From Desulfatiglandales bacterium (GTDB lineage Bacteria; Desulfobacterota; DSM-4660; Desulfatiglandales; Desulfatiglandaceae), in NCBI GenBank assembly GCA_963666345.1, contig OY762721.1, forward strand, positions 1,024,001 through 1,088,000: a stretch of 64,000 nucleotides of DNA, given 5' to 3'. Positions 30,028-38,751 of this stretch are shown here, piece after piece. A model generated the notes under the pieces. It saw only the letters and a program-made list of their open reading frames with translations. It was not told the origin of the DNA and did no database searches. The first letter of the stretch is position 1; every line of letters begins with the position of its first letter. The translations under genes and the position numbers were made by a program.

Positions 30028-30771
30028 TTACTTCCTGACCATCTCGAATAACGGGTCTTTTGCGAGGTCTATATCAGTGCTCCTGGCAATAGTGTTAACA
30101 ACATCCGAAAGATGGTTGACCATACTGATTTCGGCCTTTTCAACATCGTGAGCGATTAGACTCTCGACAATCTTTTCGTGAAAGTGCATGGCATTGTCAA
30201 TCGATCCGGGCAATACTGCCACCTCCAGAATAAACTGATTAAGCATCTCCCACACGGTTTCCAGAAATTTCGTAAGAACCGAATTTTTACACGCCTGTGC
30301 AAGCTTCATATGAAACCGGGCATCCAGGCGGCTGAACCCGGCTATATCACCTTTTTTAAAGGCATTCTTCTGCTGACGAATAATATCTTTCAATGCCTTG
30401 ATATCCTCCGAAGTCGCCCTTTTGGCGGCCAGACAGACAGTGGTCTTTTCGACAAAAACCCTTGCCTCCAGAAACTCCCTTACGGTTGAAGGCCTGAGAA
30501 GCAGATGATCTGAAAGAGAGGAGACATAGCTAGCGGCACTTGTAACATTTATGACGGTTCCGACACCCTGTCTTGTTGTCACAAGGCCCATCACGGTCAG
30601 TTTGTTTATCGCCTCCCGCAAGGTATTTCTGCTCACCCCGAACTGCCTCGCAAGTTCATCCTGAGAGGGCAGTCTGTCACCCGGAGTAAGCCGTTCAGAC
30701 ATTATCCATTCATGAAGCGTCTTGAATATCTCTTCAGCGGCAGAAGTACGTTTTATTCCTGAAAACTGCAT
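30028..30771 (-). CDS. GntR/FadR-family regulator
   Basis: PGDRLPSQDELARQFGVSRNTLREA HTH and FCD domain. Confidence 0.92.
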   Translation of the reverse strand: MQFSGIKRTSAAEEIFKTLHEWIMSERLTPGDRLPSQDELARQFGVSRNTLREAINKLTVMGLVTTRQGVGTVINVTSAASYVSSLSDHLLLRPSTVREFLEARVFVEKTTVCLAAKRATSEDIKALKDIIRQQKNAFKKGDIAGFSRLDARFHMKLAQACKNSVLTKFLETVWEMLNQFILEVAVLPGSIDNAMHFHEKIVESLIAHDVEKAEISMVNHLSDVVNTIARSTDIDLAKDPLFEMVRK

Positions 30772-30823
30772 TGAGTCACCTATCTTCCTGAAAACACTTG
30801 TTTTACATTTATGCCCATAGAGG

Positions 30824-32140
30824 TCAGTTCCCCATCAGGGAAGGAAGCCATAATGAAAGACCCGGGAAGGCCATGGTTAAAGCCAGAGCTACGATCGTCA
30901 AGGCCAGATAGGGCATATTTGCCTTATACACATCAGTCATGGTTATATAATCAGGTGCGACGCTTCCCATATAAAAACAGGACGGCCCGAAGGGAGGCGA
31001 AAGGTATGACACATGCATATTCATGCAAAACAAAACTCCGAACCAGATATTACTGAACTCCAGCTCAAGGACAATCGGTACAAAAAGCGGCATGGTAAGA
31101 AGTAGGATGCCTATCCAGTCCAGGAACATCCCCAGAAATATCAGTATAAGCTGCATAACTATGATGATGCCCCAGCGGCCGAGAGGCAGTGAGGTGATGG
31201 TGTTTTGCACAAAGTCCGATCCGCCTGCCAGCGTATAGACCCCTATAATAGTCTGAGCCCCGAAAAAAAGCCAGGTCAGCATGCAGCTAACCTTAAGGGT
31301 CTCATAACAGGCCTGTTTCATGCTTTCCCAGTGCAGCCTGCGGTTCACTGCGGCACTCAATATCGCCCCGAAGCATCCTATTCCGGCGGCCTCGGTCGGG
31401 GTTGCAACACCGGCGTAGATGGTGCCGAGAACGGTAGCGGCGAGGATACCGGGCATGATCAGGCCCTTCAACAGGGAAAGCTTTTTCTTCAAAGGCACGT
31501 CTCTTTCCTCAGGAGGAGCAATCGGAGCGGTGCTGGGATCTATCCATGTGACGACCACGATATAACCGATGAATAAGGCGCCAAGCAGAAGGCCGGGGAT
31601 TATCCCGGCGATGAAAAGTTCTCCTACCGGGCACCCTGCGGTCATGGCATATACGATGAAAACAACGCTCGGCGGAATCAGGGTGGCCATACCGCCACCC
31701 GATGTAATACTTCCAAGTGCTATGCTCTTTGAGTAACCCCTTTCGAGCATCTGAGGCAGTGCTATAAGGCCGAATGTAACGATCTCCGCTCCCACGATAC
31801 CGACCATGGCCGCCATAATCACACAGGCGATTATTGTTCCTATAGCAAGCCCCCCGCGCAGGGGACCTGACCACACATATACCGCCTTGAACAGCTGCTC
31901 CGCGACTCCCGCCTTTTCAAGTATACAGGCCATGAACACGAAAAGAGGAACAGCCACAAGGGTATAATTCAACATCATATGGTAAACCCGGGTCATGGAC
32001 ATAAACATGACAGAGGGTTCAAACAGGATAAGGGTAAAGATACAGGCGGTTGCTCCCATGGTCCAGGCCAGAGGCAAACCTACGACAAGAAGGCTCACGA
32101 ATACGGCTATTAGAAGAATCGTGATAAGTTCGATGCTCAT
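30824..32140 (-). CDS. dctM: TRAP transporter large permease
   Basis: AVPLFVFM, LIPPS, ATPTEAAG and SPPFG motifs. Confidence 0.92.
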   Translation of the reverse strand: MSIELITILLIAVFVSLLVVGLPLAWTMGATACIFTLILFEPSVMFMSMTRVYHMMLNYTLVAVPLFVFMACILEKAGVAEQLFKAVYVWSGPLRGGLAIGTIIACVIMAAMVGIVGAEIVTFGLIALPQMLERGYSKSIALGSITSGGGMATLIPPSVVFIVYAMTAGCPVGELFIAGIIPGLLLGALFIGYIVVVTWIDPSTAPIAPPEERDVPLKKKLSLLKGLIMPGILAATVLGTIYAGVATPTEAAGIGCFGAILSAAVNRRLHWESMKQACYETLKVSCMLTWLFFGAQTIIGVYTLAGGSDFVQNTITSLPLGRWGIIIVMQLILIFLGMFLDWIGILLLTMPLFVPIVLELEFSNIWFGVLFCMNMHVSYLSPPFGPSCFYMGSVAPDYITMTDVYKANMPYLALTIVALALTMAFPGLSLWLPSLMGN

Positions 32141-32637
32141 AACTCGGTCCCTTTTATAATGAAGTATATGTCACGAATGAATTTTGCAGAGCCTTGCAGA
32201 ATAAGCATTGCTACACCAATTACAAAGGCCGACTTGACCGGGTAAACCGGTGGATCCCATGGCGTGCCGGAAGTCTCGAGAAGCTTGATTGAATCAAGCG
32301 CGTATTTCATCCCGACCCAGAGCATCATTCCCATGTAAAGGGCGAAAAAGGAGAAGGTTATAATATCCAGTATCCGCTGTCCTCTGGGTGAAAGCTTCTC
32401 GTAAACCATGTCGATCTTCACATGCCTGTTATCAAGCATTGTCCAGGCGGCACCCCATACATACAGGAAGGCACATCCGTATACCATGCACTCGCTGGCC
32501 CATATGGTGGGACGGTGAAAGACATATCTCATCACAACCTCATAGCATACTATGGCCACTATCGGAAACATGATGAAACTTATGCCCTTGCCGACTACCC
32601 GGGAAACGTTGTCAATCCCTGCTAAAAGCCTTTTCAT
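32137..32637 (-). CDS. dctQ: TRAP transporter small permease
   Basis: YEVVMRYVF..PT.W, HVKID, four TM segments. Confidence 0.9.
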   Translation of the reverse strand: MKRLLAGIDNVSRVVGKGISFIMFPIVAIVCYEVVMRYVFHRPTIWASECMVYGCAFLYVWGAAWTMLDNRHVKIDMVYEKLSPRGQRILDIITFSFFALYMGMMLWVGMKYALDSIKLLETSGTPWDPPVYPVKSAFVIGVAMLILQGSAKFIRDIYFIIKGTEL

Positions 32638-32890
32638 AAGCCTTAACCTTTCAGTGGACTCTTTTACTCGAATTAAAGACGGTGCTGATCCGGAAATTAC
32701 ATCCCTGTTTATACTGCTCGGAATTCATCCTTAGACCTTAGACAAAAATCAGAGCCTGAATCAAACTCTCAGCCTGATGCTGATAACCGACTATCTCAAA
32801 AGGGAAATTCCAATTTCAGGATAGACACCGGCCGGCATTTGGAACATTTTATAAAGGGGGGAGAATTCCCCTCCCCCCCTTGCTGGGTTT

Positions 32891-33922
32891 TTATTTCAAT
32901 CTTCCAATCTCTTTCAGCCATTCTATCTGGGCGTCTATGACCTTTTTGGACATCGGGCTCTTTTCCGCCCACTGCTTCCAGACGGTTCCCCTTACCAGTT
33001 CCCTGAGCCTTTGGATTTCAGCCTTATCCCATACCAGTGCCTTTGATCCTGTGGCATTCATTTCCCTTATTGCCTTGTAGTCATCCATGGAGCATCTTGC
33101 GAGCTGATCAAAGTTGAGTTCCCTGACCATTGATTTCAAAAGCTGCTTCAGATCGGCCGGAAGTTTTTCCCATTCCTTTACATTGATGGTGAAATCGCTT
33201 ATCGGCATTGAACGAAAGCTGGGCCAGATATAGTATTTTGCTACGCGGCTGAAACCCATCCTGTGATTTACGGATGGCGTTGACCAGTCAGCTCCGTCAA
33301 CCACTCCCTTATCCAGGGCTGAATAGGCCTCCTCACCGGGAAGGATTACAACGCCCGCCCCCAGGATCTTGAGCATATCGGCGGTCATTCCCTGAGGTGA
33401 CCTGAATTTGTGTCCCTTGAAATCCTCCATCTTGTAAACGGGATACTTAATAAACATGGATTCCTTGCCCCACAGCACCACACCTATACAATGGGCGTTA
33501 TAAGGTTTATAAAGCTCATTAATCAGTTCCATGCCCCCTCTGTAGTTGAAAAAGGCATCATATTCCCACGGGTTCTCATATGCGCAGAGAAAATCCGTAA
33601 GAGGAGCGAAGGCCGGTTCTTTACCGGTAAAATAACCGGGCCAGACGTTTATCACCTGAAGGATGTTGTTCTTTACGGCATCAAGAGTCTCAAAGGTCGG
33701 GACTATGGCGCCGGCCGGGAACGGAGCAATCTCTAATCGACCGTCACTGGCAACCTTTACGCGCGCGCAGAAATCCTGGAGGCATTTGTACGGCAGCTCA
33801 CCGGCACTCCAGAGGGTTTGAAGTTTCCATTTCGTAACCTTTCCGGCATACAGGGGAGGCGCAAGAAAGACGGCAACAATTGTCATGACTGTAAGTGTAA
33901 AAAGCACCTTTTTCATTTTCAT
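32891..33922 (-). CDS. dctP: TRAP transporter substrate-binding protein
   Basis: Signal peptide; WKLQT, GAIV, DFKG.KFR and Y.ALDKGVVDG motifs. Confidence 0.92.
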   Translation of the reverse strand: MKMKKVLFTLTVMTIVAVFLAPPLYAGKVTKWKLQTLWSAGELPYKCLQDFCARVKVASDGRLEIAPFPAGAIVPTFETLDAVKNNILQVINVWPGYFTGKEPAFAPLTDFLCAYENPWEYDAFFNYRGGMELINELYKPYNAHCIGVVLWGKESMFIKYPVYKMEDFKGHKFRSPQGMTADMLKILGAGVVILPGEEAYSALDKGVVDGADWSTPSVNHRMGFSRVAKYYIWPSFRSMPISDFTINVKEWEKLPADLKQLLKSMVRELNFDQLARCSMDDYKAIREMNATGSKALVWDKAEIQRLRELVRGTVWKQWAEKSPMSKKVIDAQIEWLKEIGRLK

Positions 33923-34048
33923 GGAAAACCTCCTTCAACTCGTTTTTAGAATATTTAGTAAACCCAACACCATAAAAAATAACGCAACAGGCTCTTTTCA
34001 CCTCCTTTCTTTACATTTCAGGTTGATCATCAGTTTCATCTCCTGTTA

Positions 34049-34084
34049 TCAAGCCCTATTATCCAATATTATCCTTGTGATCAT
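34049..34084 (-). pseudogene. 5' stub of the Met-synthase activation-domain gene (38062-38751)
   Basis: Reads MITRIILDN-RA-stop; the first 9 codons are identical to the intact gene's start. Confidence 0.75.
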
Positions 34085-36103
34085 TTTTTCTCCTAACTTA
34101 ACCGAGGCCGACAGGCATTCGTTTACCGTAATAGAATTGGCTATTCCGTCAAGCCTCCATAAGTTGCTTGACCAGCGTCACGGCTCCTCCTGCATCATGG
34201 CCATAACCATCCGCGCTGATATCATCGGCAAATTTCTGGTTCACAGGAGCACCTCCCACTATGATCCTCACCTTTTCTCTCAGGCCCGCCTCTGTTATGG
34301 CGTCTATGACCTTTTTCATCTGGGGCATGGTCGTTGTGAGAAGCGCGGAGATGCCAAGGATATCGGGCTTTTCCTCGCTAACCCGGCGCACAAAATCCTC
34401 AACCCTTACATTCACCCCGAGATCCACTACGTCAAAGCCGACACCCTTGAGCATCGTGATCACCATGTTCTTGCCTATATCATGAAGATCACCATACACG
34501 GTTCCTACAAGCACCTTTCCGTTGCTGCCCCTGTCGGAACCGGCAAGGTAGGGCTCAAGTATCTTTAATGCCTCGTTCATGGCCCTGGCAGACAGAAGCA
34601 CTTCCGGGATAAATACAGTGCCGTCTTTAAATCTATCCCCGATTACCTCCATGGCCGAAAGCATCCCGCGGTTGAGGATATCAGAGGCACCCACCCCTGC
34701 ATCCAACATCTTTTTCACGTCCTCGCAGATCTTCCTCTCATCGCCTTTCAGCACATCTTCCTGGATCGTACTGTATTCCTCATCAGGCACAAAAGAGGGC
34801 TCGAGCCTTTCAGCCGCCTCCTTTAGCTGTGTATCTGAAACAGGTCTTGCCCCACCCGCCTCCAGGGGAAGCCTTCCGTCTTTTTCAAAACGCTCTGCAA
34901 TGTACATCAGTCTGTCAAAATCCGCGCCCGGAGGTGTGGTGTCACCTATTGAGGCTATGAAACGTTTGCCGGGAGATATCACCTTAAAGAGATGATCCAG
35001 ATAATCCTTCAGTTCCTCCCTGGTTGTAGATTCCTCGAGCAGAAATATCTCCGGAATCCCGCCATGAATGGTCAACCTGTCCGAACGGCACCAACGGTCA
35101 TAATATTCGTCTATCTTTACCTTGGTCATCGGATACGGTGTAACCGCATCCGCGATATCGATCCGTGAATCGGCAATAAGGTCCATAAGGCCTTTATTTT
35201 CACCATCCGGATGATTTACAAGCAGAATGCCCTTCGGACTGAGGCTATCAGCCGCCTTGTGACACCAGGGGAGAAATTCCTTTTCATAAAGGGCTGGATA
35301 GGTAATCATATCGTCCACGTTTGCCGACCACAGAACGGCATCACAGGGAGAGCCGGCAAGGATTCCTATCAGCTGATTGTAGGGTGACTCAAGCGCCTCC
35401 GCCAGTTCTCTCATCTCTTTTTCATAATCCTTGTAGTGGAGATAAAAGTCCGTGGCACCTATGAGTGTCTTTTGAATAAAGTGGACAGGCGAGGTACATG
35501 CTATGCCCAGCCCCTGCCCAACGGCTATACCGTCATCTCCCACATAACCCTTCCATTTGGCAAACCTTTCATAAGCCGGCTTCAGTTTCAGGTTACCGAA
35601 TATGTGCGCAAGCGCCTTGTAATCTTCAGGCCCTTTTATGGCATGCTCCTTGACCCATGTTATGGAGGCGCCCGATTTTTTCATCTCTCCCGTGTACCCA
35701 TGTCTGACGCTTATTTTCCCCACAGGAGTATGGTACTCCACGCGGGTCATGTATTCATCGCCATCCTCCTCGTATTCGACTTTAATTTCCACGTCCGATG
35801 AAAACTCGAAGTCATAGGGGAATTCCTTCAGCCGGTAAAGTCCGATAGCCCGGTGTATGATATCCTCGGGGTTTTCCGGCTTGAGATACTCAGGAATCAT
35901 CTTGTGCAGCGGCCAGCCCATGGCACGATGGATTTCTTCAACACTCCTGCCTTTATGCTCCTCAGGCAGTGTGCCTGAAAGTTCATGGGCATTGTGCCAC
36001 AGGTCAATCCTGGGTACAAAGGGGATCTTGTCTACCATTTCACCCCTGGCTATCTTCAAGAGCCTTTCTCTGTGGGTCATCATCACAACTCCTCTTTGTT
36101 GAT
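34057..36103. repeat. 2047-bp direct duplication, copy A (copy B at 38724-40770)
   Basis: Constant offset of 4667 bp; about six substitutions seen by eye, all near the ends. Confidence 0.95.
34149..36086 (-). CDS. Fusion of URO-D-family methyltransferase (N-term) and corrinoid protein (C-term), copy A
   Basis: HPDGE and IHGGIP in a URO-D-like barrel; GDRFKDG.VFIPEVL cap; GDLHDIGKN, SALLTTT and VGGAP B12-binding motifs. Confidence 0.88.
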   Translation of the reverse strand: MMMTHRERLLKIARGEMVDKIPFVPRIDLWHNAHELSGTLPEEHKGRSVEEIHRAMGWPLHKMIPEYLKPENPEDIIHRAIGLYRLKEFPYDFEFSSDVEIKVEYEEDGDEYMTRVEYHTPVGKISVRHGYTGEMKKSGASITWVKEHAIKGPEDYKALAHIFGNLKLKPAYERFAKWKGYVGDDGIAVGQGLGIACTSPVHFIQKTLIGATDFYLHYKDYEKEMRELAEALESPYNQLIGILAGSPCDAVLWSANVDDMITYPALYEKEFLPWCHKAADSLSPKGILLVNHPDGENKGLMDLIADSRIDIADAVTPYPMTKVKIDEYYDRWCRSDRLTIHGGIPEIFLLEESTTREELKDYLDHLFKVISPGKRFIASIGDTTPPGADFDRLMYIAERFEKDGRLPLEAGGARPVSDTQLKEAAERLEPSFVPDEEYSTIQEDVLKGDERKICEDVKKMLDAGVGASDILNRGMLSAMEVIGDRFKDGTVFIPEVLLSARAMNEALKILEPYLAGSDRGSNGKVLVGTVYGDLHDIGKNMVITMLKGVGFDVVDLGVNVRVEDFVRRVSEEKPDILGISALLTTTMPQMKKVIDAITEAGLREKVRIIVGGAPVNQKFADDISADGYGHDAGGAVTLVKQLMEA

Positions 36104-36494
36104 CAAATTTCTTCACTTCCGGGTAAACAGCACGAATTACACCCCATGCGAATTATATTCAGCAAACTCCAAAGTAAAAATATCTGTCATGTTGGTATTG
36201 TAAAATCGAAAAGCATTAGAGAAGATAAACAAGATAATTGACATACGCCGACAGAAACCAGGGCACGCTTTTGATGCAGATAACTTAATGTGTATTATTA
36301 CGGAAACCATAAGAAATCCATCCGCTTATAACACATGCTAAATCAGCCTGCCGATAGGCAAGACATTAATATTTCCGGTAAGCATGAATCTCGTAATTCT
36401 AAACCACTGGCTATTCAAAAATTATAAATTCGAAATCAAAGGCATCCATAGATGCAAGGCATCGCCGGCAAAACCTGAAATGCCTATTATCCCG

Positions 36495-37136
36495 CTAATT
36501 GTGTGAAACAAGCCTTCTTGCCACCTCTACGGCCTGGCCCGCGTCGGCACCATAGCCGTCCGCGCCTATTTTTTCAGCCCATTCCGCATTCACCGGCGCT
36601 CCGCCCACCATTATCTTTATGCTGTCCCTAAGGCCGTTTTCGTTCAACGCGTCAATAAGCTTCTTTATCTCAGGCATGGTTGTCGTAAGAAGCGCGGAAA
36701 GCCCCAATATATCAGGCTTTACACTCTTTACCTGCTCAATGACCTTTTCAGCCGTCAGATCAACACCCAGGTCAATAACGTCAAAACCCGCACCCTGGAG
36801 CATCATGATCACAAGGTTCTTGCCTATGTCATGGATATCCCCTTTCACGGTGCACATTATGATCTTACCCTTCGTCTCCTTATCACCTTCCTGAATCAGG
36901 GCGTTTACTATATCAATGCCCTTTTTCATGGTAACCGCTGAAACAAGCATCTCAGGCACATAGATCTCATTGTTCGAATACTTCTGCCCCACCACGTCCA
37001 TTGCACCGATCATGGCGTCATTTATGATCTTATCCAGCTCCACCTTGTCTTCTATGGCCGCGTTTACAAGCCCTTCGATCTCATTGTGCTTTCCGCCTAT
37101 AATAGCTTCTTTTATCATTTCCAGATGTTCCGCCAT
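36495..37136 (-). CDS. Corrinoid (cobalamin-binding) protein, copy A
   Basis: GDIHDIGKN, SALLTTT and VGGAP motifs. Protein identical to 44374-45015, which places the start at 37136. Confidence 0.92.
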   Translation of the reverse strand: MAEHLEMIKEAIIGGKHNEIEGLVNAAIEDKVELDKIINDAMIGAMDVVGQKYSNNEIYVPEMLVSAVTMKKGIDIVNALIQEGDKETKGKIIMCTVKGDIHDIGKNLVIMMLQGAGFDVIDLGVDLTAEKVIEQVKSVKPDILGLSALLTTTMPEIKKLIDALNENGLRDSIKIMVGGAPVNAEWAEKIGADGYGADAGQAVEVARRLVSHN

Positions 37137-37621
37137 TTTCCCCTCCCACTCCTGCTCAGAAATGTCATCTATTACAGCGATATACAAAATACTGAAAAAC
37201 CCTAACGATACACATCTTTTCACACCTGCAATCTCATTACGCCCTGCTGCAGTTAACAGTATATGCTCCATACTTGAAAGCTGCTGCCCGCAAAGCAGTT
37301 AAATGATTCAATCATTGAATGACTGCTTGCTTTTGTCAAGAAAATTCAGAGCCATTTATTCCTTTTCATTTAAACCGCATCTCTGCGCATTCATGTCAGG
37401 ATAAAAGTGGGACACTTGCGGAACAGCGATTCTCTCCCCTCAGGCAGGGGCCGGCAGGTTTCATGTTTTTACTCCAAGGAAAATACCAGACGAAAGGCCA
37501 TCTTTGCGGAAAATATCAGAAAGTTTTTAATGGGCTTTTAAGCTATTATTCCTGCCCGGTCAGGCTACTTCTGGAGGATATAGGCATAAATGATATGATA
37601 AATTATTAACCTTCAAAAATT

Positions 37622-37698
37622 GAGTACCATGCGGTCTGAAATTATCTTTTCAAGCGGTATCCTAGAATTTATCGAGAATACCGCCTCATTAACTAATT
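37622..37698 (-). repeat. Degenerate copy of the corrinoid gene stop codon plus downstream hairpin (44303-44379)
   Basis: gcggtctg.aattatcttttc..gcgg.atcct.ga.tttatcgagaataccgcc.cat.aactaatt is shared by both sites. Confidence 0.8.
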
Positions 37699-37732
37699 TT
37701 GAAGTTTTCTTGCCATCTCTAAAGCCTGGCTC

Positions 37733-37990
37733 GAGGCCTCCTGGTCGACGCAGTATTAGGGCATTAAGCTGTCAAATCCTATCAATTCCTGTCCGGCCAG
37801 GGCAAGTTAAGCCATGGCTTCTGGATTCAGATGGGCCTCGGGAAAGGAAATGCTCGTTGCATCCATGAGGCCATGTCATGCTATCGAAGTTGGATTGCCC
37901 GCAGGCGGTCTTTCGCCCTTTCTTCCACCATAAAGGGCCGACATCATCAGATTATAGGGTGTCGATTCTATCTATATTTCCTCCTGACTT
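37733..37990 (-). pseudogene. Decayed 5' fragment of the MtaA-family methyltransferase (29744-30001)
   Basis: Collinear alignment at offset 7989, roughly 90% identical by eye; ATG changed to ATA and two GAA codons changed to TAA. Confidence 0.88.
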
Positions 37991-38061
37991 TTTCAAGTTT
38001 TTCCCTTTCCGAAGAGTTCTTCAAAGTCGTTTGTCAATATAAAACAATCAATTTATAGATC

Positions 38062-38751
38062 TTATCGAACTTCATAATCTTTTTCATACAGGTCCGCCTC
38101 ATAAGGCGCCCTCCTGTTGGGACAGCCATCTCTCGGGCAGAGCTGACAGTTTTCATAGGCCTTTTCAGTGGCGAACATAATGCGGGAAACAGTTTTTGGA
38201 GGAAGCATAAGGAAGCTGTCGGTCAGCTCTACTCCGATAGCAGACTCAGGATTTCCCAGAAGAGAAAAAAGCCCTTCCTGCTCACTCAAAGGCCAGTCCT
38301 CTATCGACCCGGGGCTCATGTAGGAGGTCTTTCCAGGATCATACCTTTTATTAATATCTGCAATCCCTTTTTCTACTGCACTTCTTAGCGCCATCTCCTT
38401 TATTTTGTCGGCCCAGTAATGCTGAAGCATGTCCTTTATACCCTTTGACCACGCCTCAATCTCCTTGCCGCAGGTGGCTATGATCGGAAACACACGATTT
38501 ACCTTTGAAAGATTCACGCTCATGACTCGACTGCTGAATCTTACTCCGTCTGCCACCACGAAATCCTCACCCCTGTCTTCGATAAAGGCGATCCCGTGGA
38601 CCACTTTTGGTCTTGCTATCTCCCCGGCCTCCCCGGCAAGCCTGACAAGGGTATCTGCATCACGACCATTTTTATCCACATGGAGATCAGTGAAAAGCCC
38701 TTCCATATCAGGTTTGTAGGCTATATTATCCAATATTATCCTTGTGATCAT
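38062..38751 (-). CDS. Stand-alone methionine synthase B12 activation-domain-like protein
   Basis: ATCG.EIE, SPGS..DWPL.EQ..LF.LL, IGV.LTDS.LM.P.KTVS and C..C....C..R motifs. Confidence 0.8.
   Translation of the reverse strand: MITRIILDNIAYKPDMEGLFTDLHVDKNGRDADTLVRLAGEAGEIARPKVVHGIAFIEDRGEDFVVADGVRFSSRVMSVNLSKVNRVFPIIATCGKEIEAWSKGIKDMLQHYWADKIKEMALRSAVEKGIADINKRYDPGKTSYMSPGSIEDWPLSEQEGLFSLLGNPESAIGVELTDSFLMLPPKTVSRIMFATEKAYENCQLCPRDGCPNRRAPYEADLYEKDYEVR

Noticed and set aside
33885..34568. Long antisense ORFs (this one, 14277-14978, 46345-47220, 47854-48759, 49284-50051 and others)
   Set aside because: They are shadow frames opposite well-supported genes, with no motifs.
36495..37271. 258-aa N-terminally extended corrinoid ORF in the track
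   Set aside because: Identity with the 44374-45015 copy begins at MAEHLE and an RBS-like gggagggg precedes 37136, so the extension is spurious.
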